Shown here: piece by piece, positions 36,476-45,211 of the stretch
Position numbering within the stretch: the first letter of the stretch is position 1
How the letters are laid out: each line of letters begins with the position of its first letter
NCBI GenBank assembly: GCA_014376805.1
Contig: JACMQU010000110.1
Span: 259-64,258 of the forward strand
Length of the DNA: 64,000 nt
Direction of reading: 5' to 3'
DNA from: Bacteroidia bacterium
GTDB lineage: Bacteria > Bacteroidota > Bacteroidia > UKL13-3
Position numbers and translations under genes: made by a program
Notes under the pieces: model-generated
The model's input: only the letters and a program-made list of their open reading frames with translations
Told to the model about the DNA's origin: nothing
Databases searched by the model: none

Positions 36476-37702
36476 ATGAATTTTATTAAAAGAAACATTC
36501 AGATTAGTTTTATATTTATGGCATTTTCAATTGCACTGGCATGTGGCAATAAGCAGGAGCAGGCTAAACAAACTGAAGTTAAAGAAACAGGTAATGGAAA
36601 CCTTGTTGAATTTACACAGCCGCAATTTGAAACATCGGAAATTGAAACAGGGGAGGTAGAACTGCGAAATATAAGCGGTACTATACAGGCTAATGGTATG
36701 TTAGATGTGCCACCTCAAAGTAAAGTAACCATTGCTGCTCCTATGGGTGGTTTTGTAAAAGAAACTCAGTTGCTTCAGGGCACCCATGTGGAAAAAGGAC
36801 AGGTAGTTGCAATTATGCAAAATACAGAATATATACAGATGCAGCAGGATTATCTGGATTACAGCAGCCAACTTGAATATTTAAAGGGAGAATATAACAG
36901 ACAACTCGAATTAGCAAAAGAAAACATCAATGCACAGAAAGCATTGCAGCAAAGTAAAGCAGCCTATTTAAGTATTCTGGCAAAGACAAAAGGCATAACT
37001 GCTAAGTTAAAAATGTTAAACATGGATGTTTCCGGAATTGAAAAAGGAGAGCTTAAACAAACCATTAGTTTACGTTCACCTATAACCGGATTTGTAACAA
37101 AGGTGAATGTAAATATTGGTGCTTATGTAAATCCAACAGATGCTATGTTTGAAATAGTTAATACAGAACACCTGCATGCTGAACTCACCGTTTTTGAAAA
37201 AGATGTACCAAAATTAAAAATTGGGCAAAAGGTTTTATTTACTTTAGCAAATGAAAATAAACCACGCAAAGCTGCCATCTATTTAATAGGCAGAGAGATT
37301 AATAAAGACCGTTCCGTTCAGATTCATTGTCATCTCAATGATGAAGATTCGGAACTCATTCCGGGAACATATTTGCGTGCATTTGTGGAAACAGATAATA
37401 ACAAGGTAACGGCACTGCCTTTAGAAGCGATTATTAATTTTGAAGGAAAGGATTATATTTTCATTGTAAAAGAAATTGAGCCAATTAATACACAGGCAGA
37501 TAAAGATGCTGGATTAGAAAAAACGAAGGATACATCCATAAGCGTTCATACATTTGAATTAATTGAAGTAGAAAAGGGAAATGAAGAATTGGGTTATGCT
37601 GAAATTCATTTGCCAAAAACGTTTAACCTGAAATCTAAAGTTGTGATAAAAGGTGCCTACAATATATTGGCTAAGATGAAAAATAGTGAAGAAGAAGAAT
37701 AA
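36476..37702 (+). CDS. RND periplasmic adaptor (CzcB/HlyD family)
   Basis: Lipoprotein signal (SIALAC), biotinyl-lipoyl-like motifs (MGGFVKETQLLQGTHVEKGQVVAIMQN; ITGFVTKVNVNIGAYV) and a coiled-coil hairpin. Start at ATG 36476. Confidence 0.8.
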   Translation: MNFIKRNIQISFIFMAFSIALACGNKQEQAKQTEVKETGNGNLVEFTQPQFETSEIETGEVELRNISGTIQANGMLDVPPQSKVTIAAPMGGFVKETQLLQGTHVEKGQVVAIMQNTEYIQMQQDYLDYSSQLEYLKGEYNRQLELAKENINAQKALQQSKAAYLSILAKTKGITAKLKMLNMDVSGIEKGELKQTISLRSPITGFVTKVNVNIGAYVNPTDAMFEIVNTEHLHAELTVFEKDVPKLKIGQKVLFTLANENKPRKAAIYLIGREINKDRSVQIHCHLNDEDSELIPGTYLRAFVETDNNKVTALPLEAIINFEGKDYIFIVKEIEPINTQADKDAGLEKTKDTSISVHTFELIEVEKGNEELGYAEIHLPKTFNLKSKVVIKGAYNILAKMKNSEEEE

Positions 37703-37763
37703 TATGTTTCTTTTATGCAGTTATTATATTCCTTGTTACTTAAATTTTAACAGCTAAATATAA

Positions 37764-39791
37764 ATGATTAACAACGATCCTAACCATATACATCAATATG
37801 ATGCAAATGGAAAAATGATCTGCTGCTCCCTTGAAGAGAAAGTTTATTTAAAAGCGAATGCAGATAATTTGATTCATTCAAACAACAGGCATGCGGATGA
37901 ATCTGATCATTTGCATGTTCATTCATCTGATGAAGATACCCGGAAAGTATATATCCCGGCAACAATCAGTTTCATCTTTTTAAGCGCGGGTTTATTATTT
38001 GATTATTTTATAAAACCGGTTTTTTTTCAGGCTTACTTTAGGATTGCCTGGTATGTATTTGCTTATTTACCGGTTGGAATTCCTGTAATGAAGGATGCCA
38101 TAAAATCTATTGCAGCAGGTGCCTTGTTCTCCGAATTTTTCTTGATGTCTATTGCTACCCTGGGTGCTTTTTTTATCGGTGAATATGCAGAAGGAGTAAC
38201 AGTTATGTTATTTTATGCTGTGGGTGAATTGTTTCAGACGGCTGCTGTTAACCGCGCTAAAAAAAGTATAAAAGCCTTGTTGGATATGCGTCCCGATACT
38301 GTTAATATTTTAAGAAACGGATCTATACAAACAGTTTCTCCTGCTCAGGTTCAAATTGGTGAAACCCTTCAAGTGATGCCCGGAGAAAAGGTAGCGCTTG
38401 ATGGCGAATTGATTTCTGCCTCTGCCTCTTTTAATACTGCAGCCCTCACTGGCGAAAGCAAACCGGATACAAAAAATAAAGGTGAAATGGTGCTGGCTGG
38501 AATGATAAACTTAAATTCTGTTTCAGATATTATAGTCACTACTTTATTTAAGGATAGCAAATTGTCGAAAATATTAGAAATGGTGCAGGAGGCAACTTCG
38601 CGTAAATCGCAAACTCAATTGTTTATTACAAAATTTGCCAGAATATATACACCCATTGTTGTGCTGTTGGCACTTTGTATTTGTTTACTACCCTATTTTT
38701 TTGTGTCTGATTATGTTTTCAGTAATTGGCTATACCGCTCCTTAGTATTCCTGGTTATATCTTGTCCTTGTGCCTTGGTAATTTCTATTCCATTAGGATA
38801 TTTTGGTGGAATTGGATTGGCATCCCGAAACGGAATTTTATTTAAAGGCTCTAATTACTTAGATATAATGACTAAAATTGATACTGTTGTTATGGATAAA
38901 ACAGGCACCCTTACCAAAGGAGTATTTAAGGTTCAAGACGCTGTTAGTGCTGGTATTGAGCAAAATGAATTACTTAAACTAACTGCTGCTTTAGAAAGCA
39001 AATCAACTCACCCGATCGCAAAGGCAATATCTCTGCACGTTGGTGATGCATTTAAAAATGTAAGTGTAAGTAATGTTGAAGAAATTTCTGGTTATGGCTT
39101 AAAAGGAACTATTGATGGTAAAGAAGTATTGGCCGGCAATTTAAAATTGTTTAAAAAATATAACATCGATTACAACAAAATAATTGAAAACATAACAGAA
39201 ACCATTGTAGTAGTTGCAGTGAACAACAAATATGCAGGTTATATTACTATTGCAGATGAAATAAAAGAAGATGCTTCTCAAACAATTAAAGACTTGCATA
39301 GTATTCATATTAAAACAGTGATATTATCTGGCGATAAACAAAGTGTAGTTGATAAAATTGCAAAAAAATTAGGTATTGATACTGCTTATGGCGATTTATT
39401 ACCTGAACATAAAGTTGAAAAAGTACAGGCCTTAAAAAATGAAAATAGAACCATTGCCTTTGTTGGAGATGGTGTTAATGATGCGCCTGTTGTTGCACTG
39501 GCAGATGCCGGAATTGCCATGGGTGGTTTAGGTAGTGATGCCACCATAGAAACGGCTGATATTGTTATTCAGAACGACCAGCCTTCAAAAATTGTAACAG
39601 CTATTAAAATTGGCATACTTACCCGAAAAATTGTCTGGCAAAATATTGCCCTGGCTCTCTCTGTTAAAGTTATGGTTTTGATATTAGGTGCAATTGGCAC
39701 TGCTACATTATGGGAAGCAGTTTTTGCAGATGTAGGGGTGGCTTTACTTGCTATTTTAAATGCGGTAAGAATACAACGTGTAAAATTTTAA
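37764..39791 (+). CDS. P1B-type heavy-metal ATPase, Zn/Cd/Pb (ZntA/CadA) subtype
   Basis: CPC (SCPCALVIS), DKTGTLT and GDGVNDAP. TM7 Lys (LALSVKVMVL) and TM8 ADVG (D-x-G) match the P1B-2 signature. The N-terminus is His/Cys-rich with no HMA fold. Confidence 0.9.
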   Translation: MINNDPNHIHQYDANGKMICCSLEEKVYLKANADNLIHSNNRHADESDHLHVHSSDEDTRKVYIPATISFIFLSAGLLFDYFIKPVFFQAYFRIAWYVFAYLPVGIPVMKDAIKSIAAGALFSEFFLMSIATLGAFFIGEYAEGVTVMLFYAVGELFQTAAVNRAKKSIKALLDMRPDTVNILRNGSIQTVSPAQVQIGETLQVMPGEKVALDGELISASASFNTAALTGESKPDTKNKGEMVLAGMINLNSVSDIIVTTLFKDSKLSKILEMVQEATSRKSQTQLFITKFARIYTPIVVLLALCICLLPYFFVSDYVFSNWLYRSLVFLVISCPCALVISIPLGYFGGIGLASRNGILFKGSNYLDIMTKIDTVVMDKTGTLTKGVFKVQDAVSAGIEQNELLKLTAALESKSTHPIAKAISLHVGDAFKNVSVSNVEEISGYGLKGTIDGKEVLAGNLKLFKKYNIDYNKIIENITETIVVVAVNNKYAGYITIADEIKEDASQTIKDLHSIHIKTVILSGDKQSVVDKIAKKLGIDTAYGDLLPEHKVEKVQALKNENRTIAFVGDGVNDAPVVALADAGIAMGGLGSDATIETADIVIQNDQPSKIVTAIKIGILTRKIVWQNIALALSVKVMVLILGAIGTATLWEAVFADVGVALLAILNAVRIQRVKF

Positions 39792-39941
39792 CTGTTAAAA
39801 ATCAATAAGTAATGTTTAAAACAATAATCGTTATTTACAAAATTAATGATACTATAAAAAATGTAAATTGACACGCTTTAACCGATATAAAATGATTGTC
39901 TAATATCATTCAAAAGTTTAAAATATTTGAAAACTGAAAGC

Positions 39942-39967
39942 TCCACATTTCATGTAGATTTTTTTTT
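39942..39967 (+). terminator. Putative intrinsic terminator downstream of the ATPase gene
   Basis: TCCACAT and ATGTAGA form a 7-bp stem with one mismatch and a 3-nt loop, followed by nine T. It lies about 150 nt after the stop codon. Confidence 0.35.
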
Positions 39968-40118
39968 ACAGATACAATTTATAACATAAGTTAAATAGTA
40001 CTTAATTATTTACTTATTTATATGCGCATACTAGAATAATAGCCCCAATAAATCATCCTTTCATCATTCTAAGTAATCTTTACTCAAGAACAAAAATATA
40101 ATTGATTTTTTTATTGGT

Positions 40119-40149
40119 TTTGGTAATTCGAGAAATACATTTAGATTTG
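40119..40149 (+). promoter_or_regulatory. Complete Bacteroidota promoter (-33 TTTG / 19 nt / -7 TAGATTTG)
   Basis: TTTG at 40119-40122, a 19-nt spacer and TAGATTTG at 40142-40149, ending 31 nt before ATG 40181. Confidence 0.5.
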
Positions 40150-40180
40150 TTTAAAAATATTTTTAATAATATCTAAATTT

Positions 40181-41377
40181 ATGTTTCCAATACGAACTTC
40201 TATAGTAGTTTTTTCAGCATTTATATTCATAAGTGCATGTATAAAACTGGAACCTTCTGCACCAGATAGCAATAATGTGTTAGATGGTCCCTTAGCTGAA
40301 CTTAATCACGAGCAAATGATTCAGCACATGCATGGAGATGCTGCATTTAATGATGCTATTTTTACATCTGAAAATGGTCTGGGCCCTGTATTTGTAGCAA
40401 ACACCTGTGCAAGTTGCCATGCAGGAGATGGAAAAGGCCACCAGTTTACCTCCTTAACGCGTTTTGGACAATCAGACAGCACAGGAAATTTATTTATTGG
40501 TAAAGGTGGGCCACAATTACAAAACAGAGCCATTCCGGGATTTCTCCCAGAACAACTTCCCTTTGGGGTACCTTTCACAAAATTAGTGGCTCCTGCTGTT
40601 ACGGGTTTAGGTTTCATTGATGCGGTAACGGATGCGGATATTATTGCCATGGCTGATCCAACAGATGCAGATGGAGACGGAATATCAGGTGTATTAAGTG
40701 TTGCTATTTTACCTTCATATGTAATTCCCCGAAACATGGCTATTCCACAAAATGGTTATTTCATTTGTAGGTTTGGCAAAAAAGCCGGTGCTTATGATTT
40801 GGTTTTACAAACGGCAAAAGCTTATAATCAGGATATGGGAATAATTTCGGGTTATGAGCCGGTTGATCCACATAGTAATTTGGCCGGAGATCCGGAAATA
40901 ACAGCACAAACTATTCAGGATAATGTATTTTATCAAAAGACTTTAAAAGCCCCACTTGCCCGAAATCAAAATAATTCTGATGTAATTTCAGGTAAGCAAA
41001 TTTTCATAAATATCGGTTGTGTAACTTGTCATAAAAAAGAGTTAAAAACAGGCCATTCAACAATAAGTTCATTATCCGAAAAATTATTCTTTCCTTACAC
41101 AGATTTACTGCTGCATGACATGGGTTCAGATCTGGATGATGGTTATACAGAAGGTTCAGCCAAATCAAGTGAATGGAGAACACCTGCACTATGGGGACTG
41201 GGATTAAGCAAAAACTCCCAGGGTGGAAATTATTTTTTAATGCATGATGGCAGGGCAACTACTATTGAACAAGCTGTTTTATTACATGGCGGAGAGGGGA
41301 GCAAAAGCCGCTCACAATACAATGCTTTAACCGAAACTGAAAGGAAAAAACTCCTTATATTTTTAGAAAACTTATAA
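40181..41377 (+). CDS. Di-haem cytochrome c oxidoreductase/peroxidase-like lipoprotein (DUF1111 family)
   Basis: Lipoprotein signal (FISAC) and two CxxCH haem motifs (CASCHAGDGKG; CVTCHKKEL). The family-typical end is TPALWGLG...LMHDGRATTIEQAVLLHGGEG. Confidence 0.8.
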   Translation: MFPIRTSIVVFSAFIFISACIKLEPSAPDSNNVLDGPLAELNHEQMIQHMHGDAAFNDAIFTSENGLGPVFVANTCASCHAGDGKGHQFTSLTRFGQSDSTGNLFIGKGGPQLQNRAIPGFLPEQLPFGVPFTKLVAPAVTGLGFIDAVTDADIIAMADPTDADGDGISGVLSVAILPSYVIPRNMAIPQNGYFICRFGKKAGAYDLVLQTAKAYNQDMGIISGYEPVDPHSNLAGDPEITAQTIQDNVFYQKTLKAPLARNQNNSDVISGKQIFINIGCVTCHKKELKTGHSTISSLSEKLFFPYTDLLLHDMGSDLDDGYTEGSAKSSEWRTPALWGLGLSKNSQGGNYFLMHDGRATTIEQAVLLHGGEGSKSRSQYNALTETERKKLLIFLENL

Positions 41378-41820
41378 TGAACCGGAGCACATTTATAAAG
41401 CAAGGGTGTATTTCATGCCTGGGGATAAGTCTCGGAATGTCACTCTTTAATTCCTGTAAATCCATACATTATGTAAATGGTAAGATGTCAGAAAATAACC
41501 TGAGTATCCCGATAACCGAATTTTCTGAACCTAATAAAAAAGGTAACGATACTTACAGAAAATATATTTTAGTTAAACATGAATCTCTTCAATATCCAAT
41601 TTGTGTTTATCGCATTTCCGGCAATGATTATAAAGCATTATGGCTACGTTGTTCGCATCAGGGTGCAGAATTGCAAGTGTCGGGTGATACTTTAGTTTGT
41701 CTGGCTCATGGATCAGAATTTGATAATTCAGGTAAAGTAACCAATGGACCTGCTGATAAAGACCTGCGAACTTTTATAACGTATCTTAAAAACGAACATT
41801 TAAACATAGTTTTAAAATGA
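41377..41820 (+). CDS. Rieske [2Fe-2S] domain protein
   Basis: CxH (LRCSHQG) and CxxH (CLAHGSEFD) Rieske ligand boxes at the usual spacing. TAATG overlap with the upstream gene. Confidence 0.8.
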   Translation: MNRSTFIKQGCISCLGISLGMSLFNSCKSIHYVNGKMSENNLSIPITEFSEPNKKGNDTYRKYILVKHESLQYPICVYRISGNDYKALWLRCSHQGAELQVSGDTLVCLAHGSEFDNSGKVTNGPADKDLRTFITYLKNEHLNIVLK

Positions 41821-43049
41821 AAAAATATTTATTTCTTATCTTATTGCAACTGGTTATACTCACCTCATTTGCGCAGGTTGATACTTCTTTATTCAAAACG
41901 ATCGCAAAAGATACTTCCTATAAAAACAACCTGATGAATATGGATGCTGTCTATAGCAGACCTTTTTTGAATTATTCAAAATCTCCGGTTTCAATTGGTG
42001 GTTATCTCGAAGCAAATTATCAGCACTTAGGTACAAACGGAATTAGTGAAGGACATCAGTTTCAGATGCGCAGAATGACCCTATTTATTGCATCATCCAT
42101 AAAAAACAGAATTAAGTTTTTGTCTGAAATAGAATTTGAAGATGGAACTAAAGAAATAAACATTGAGTTTGCCGCTGTTGATTTTACTTTCAATCCTATG
42201 ATAAATATAAGAGGCGGTATCCTGATGAATCCTATCGGGGCATTTAACCAGAATCATGATGGGCCTAAGTGGGAGTTTATAGACAGGCCTATATCAGCAA
42301 CACAAATGCTTCCCGCTACCTGGAGTAATGTAGGTTTCGGATTATATGGTAAAAAATATTCAGGTAACTGGATTTATGCTTATGAAGTTTATTTAACCAA
42401 TGGATTTGATGATCGGATCATAGCAAATAATGCAAACCGAACCAACCTGGCAGCAACTAAAGCAAATAAAAACCGTTTTGAAGAGAGCCCCAACGGAGAA
42501 CCGCTCTACACCGGAAAGTTTGCCATACGCAATAGAAAAATCGGGGAATTAGGTCTTTCTTATATGGGAGGCATCTATAACAAATTTCAGATAGATGGGT
42601 TCAACATTGATAAAAAGCGAAGTGTACATACATTTGCCATCGACTTTAATACAACATTACCGGTACTAAACACGAAGTTAATTGCAGAATGGGCTATGGT
42701 GGTAGTAGATGTTCCACCAACCTATTCACAGCAATTTGGAGATAAACAATATGGTGGCTTTTTAGATGTTGTTCAACCGGTTTTTAAAAAGCAAATGCAG
42801 GGTTTTCATAATGCTGTATTAAACCTTGCCTGCCGGTTTGAATTTGTGGATTGGAATGTGGCTACATTTAGAGAAACCGGAGGGAATATTGCTGATCATA
42901 TTTGGGCGGTTGTTCCTGCTGTTTCATTCAGACCTTCGCAACAAACTGTAATACGAATTAACTATCGCTATCAGCAACAAACGGATTTGTTAGGTAATAT
43001 ACCATTGCGAACCGGTGGATTTCAGATTGGATTCTCTACTTATTTTTAA
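41817..43049 (+). CDS. Outer-membrane porin-like beta-barrel protein
   Basis: ATGA overlap with the Rieske gene. Signal peptide, GGYLEANYQHL...FQMRRMTLFI...SEIEFEDG...RGGILMNPIGAFNQNHD pattern reminiscent of phosphate-selective-porin-like barrels, ending GFSTYF. Confidence 0.5.
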   Translation: MKKYLFLILLQLVILTSFAQVDTSLFKTIAKDTSYKNNLMNMDAVYSRPFLNYSKSPVSIGGYLEANYQHLGTNGISEGHQFQMRRMTLFIASSIKNRIKFLSEIEFEDGTKEINIEFAAVDFTFNPMINIRGGILMNPIGAFNQNHDGPKWEFIDRPISATQMLPATWSNVGFGLYGKKYSGNWIYAYEVYLTNGFDDRIIANNANRTNLAATKANKNRFEESPNGEPLYTGKFAIRNRKIGELGLSYMGGIYNKFQIDGFNIDKKRSVHTFAIDFNTTLPVLNTKLIAEWAMVVVDVPPTYSQQFGDKQYGGFLDVVQPVFKKQMQGFHNAVLNLACRFEFVDWNVATFRETGGNIADHIWAVVPAVSFRPSQQTVIRINYRYQQQTDLLGNIPLRTGGFQIGFSTYF

Positions 43050-43185
43050 TGAAGTTCAATATTTAATCATGACCAATACAAATTAATTTTACCATAAATT
43101 ATTCTCACTGAAAAAACGGGGGAAGAATAATTCTCAAAAACAATCAATTTGGATAATTCAAAAAAGAACCTTAGCTTGCACAGTA

Positions 43186-43578
43186 TTGAAAAAAATTGTA
43201 GCCATATTATTACTTTTTAGCTTTTTTCTGGCAAATTCAGGAATGGCGGTTTCAATGCACTGGTGTGGCGGTAAAATAACACATATCAGTTTTTTTTCCA
43301 ACGATTCACACCTTTGTTCCTGCAAAAAAAAGGAAAAGGACATGAAACCCGGCTGTTGTAAAGACAAAACAGCTTTCTTTAAATTAAAAAGTGAAATAAA
43401 TTCTCCAAATAATCACTCCTTTAAAGCATCAGTTTTTCAGATTATTTATATTCATTTTAACCAAAAAGAAACAGCGTATCTTTCTCTATATAAATTTACG
43501 AATACATTCTTCTATTATCCTCCCCCATTTAAACCTAAAGTTCCTACTTATATTACCAACGGAGTTTTTATCATTTAA
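43186..43578 (+). CDS. HYC_CC_PP-like small Cys-rich membrane protein, second copy
   Basis: TTG start, TM helix, MHWCGGK, GCCKDK and YPPPFKPK, ending NGVFII. The 5' end is conserved at the nucleotide level with 18853-18895. Confidence 0.55.
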   Translation: MKKIVAILLLFSFFLANSGMAVSMHWCGGKITHISFFSNDSHLCSCKKKEKDMKPGCCKDKTAFFKLKSEINSPNNHSFKASVFQIIYIHFNQKETAYLSLYKFTNTFFYYPPPFKPKVPTYITNGVFII

Positions 43579-43709
43579 TATTTCTGAAGTAATCTTAACC
43601 GTCATATCTGAACGGTTATTGAAGTTTTGGCATATCTGTGAGTCAGATTTGCGGCCAATTCAATTATACTTTTATAAAACTCAACAAAAATTATTTAAAA
43701 ATTTAAAAT

Positions 43710-44501
43710 ATGAAAAAATCAATTTTACTTTCACTTGTTTTGACGTTCGTTATTACGATTTCCAAAGCTCAGACTACTGCCATGAATTTCAATAAGAAAG
43801 ATTGCAGTGGCACCATGCACAATCTTTTTACGGATTTAGATGCAGGTAATGCAGTTATCCTTCATTTTTTTATGCCTAATTGCGGAAGTTGTCCTCCTCC
43901 GGCTCAAAAAATTCAGGCAATGGCAAATAATATTTTGAAATCACATCCCGGAAAAATAAAAGCTTATGCTATACCGTTCAACAATTCCACTACTTGTTCT
44001 TATGCATCAACTTGGGTTTCTTCTAATGGGCTTTCTTTATATACAGCATTAGATAGTGGTTCTGCTCAAGTAGCTCATTATGGCGGTTTTGGTATGCCTA
44101 CAGTAGTTGTTTTAGGTGGTATAGATCATAAAGTGTTGTTTTCAACGCTGAGTTTTTCAACCAGCGATACTACCACTATGAGGAATTCAATATTAAATAT
44201 GCTGAATGGTACTGCCGGAATTGATACTAAAATTATCAATGATATTCCTGCAATTAGTGTATTTCCAAATCCGGCAATAGATAACATGCAGATTGAACTT
44301 AATTTAAGCCAGACATCAAATATTAAAATTGAAGTTATAAACATGCTTGGAGAAATTGTAAGTGCTGTTTATAATGGTAAAGCCGGTGAAGGTGTTTTAA
44401 GAAAAGAGGTTTCAACAACTGATTTTAGTAATGGGATTTATTTTGTAAGGGTAATTTCAAATAATAATTTACAGAATTACAAATTCACAGTTACGCATTA
44501 A
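43710..44501 (+). CDS. Thioredoxin-fold CxxC protein with T9SS C-terminal sorting domain, second copy
   Basis: DCSGTMHNLF..NAVILHFFMPNCGSC, FGMPTVVVLGG, CTD (VFPNPAIDNMQIEL...NGIYFVRVISN...YKFTVTH). Confidence 0.6.
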   Translation: MKKSILLSLVLTFVITISKAQTTAMNFNKKDCSGTMHNLFTDLDAGNAVILHFFMPNCGSCPPPAQKIQAMANNILKSHPGKIKAYAIPFNNSTTCSYASTWVSSNGLSLYTALDSGSAQVAHYGGFGMPTVVVLGGIDHKVLFSTLSFSTSDTTTMRNSILNMLNGTAGIDTKIINDIPAISVFPNPAIDNMQIELNLSQTSNIKIEVINMLGEIVSAVYNGKAGEGVLRKEVSTTDFSNGIYFVRVISNNNLQNYKFTVTH

Positions 44502-45205
44502 TGTTTAAGGGTATCCAGGTAAAATTAAAAACAGGACTGGCAGTGGTTTTAACCACTGCCACTGTCTTCACTTTTGCTCAAAGCTATAATATTACGCCCA
44601 ACGATACTTTCATGGATCTGACGCCATTTAATAAACTCAGCCATTTTACCATACAACAAAATAACCTTACTAACGGAAAACTCCTTTTTAACTGGCAGCA
44701 GTTAGTTTTAAATATTCCATCCGGCTGGACAGCTAATTTATGCGACAATGGGCATTGCTATGCCGACTTTCCAGTAAAAGGGAAAATGGATACTGTTTTT
44801 AAAAGTGAATATGGAATGATGTCTCTAGGGATTGATCCCGGTATGGTATCCGGAACCGCACTTATCCGCTATGCAATCTGGGAGCAAAGTACACCTGAAA
44901 ATATGGATACCTTAACCTGGATTATTTCTTCAAACAGTGCAACCGGATTTACCGAAACAGAGCCTGATAAATCGTTGCTGATTTTTGTTGATGTAAGCGG
45001 AGATAACATTCATTTGTTAACATCATTGAATAAAGGTTTTTATTGCTCAATTTCTGATATTTCAGGTAAACAGGTTTATTCTGAAAATTTCATTTTTTCT
45101 ACAGCAAATATTTCTTCAGAAAATTTCCCAAATGGTTTTTATAATATTCTGATTATGGATTCCAATAAGAATATCAAAACTAAAAAAATAATGATTCAAC
45201 ACTAA
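44501..45205 (+). CDS. Small secreted CxNGxC protein with a T9SS-CTD-like end
   Basis: TAATG overlap. Signal peptide, FNWQQL...GWTANLCDNGHCY and the tail GKQVYSENF...FPNGFYNILIMD...KKIMIQH. Paralogue of 51682..52380. Confidence 0.5.
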   Translation: MFKGIQVKLKTGLAVVLTTATVFTFAQSYNITPNDTFMDLTPFNKLSHFTIQQNNLTNGKLLFNWQQLVLNIPSGWTANLCDNGHCYADFPVKGKMDTVFKSEYGMMSLGIDPGMVSGTALIRYAIWEQSTPENMDTLTWIISSNSATGFTETEPDKSLLIFVDVSGDNIHLLTSLNKGFYCSISDISGKQVYSENFIFSTANISSENFPNGFYNILIMDSNKNIKTKKIMIQH

Positions 45206-45211
45206 TTTACC

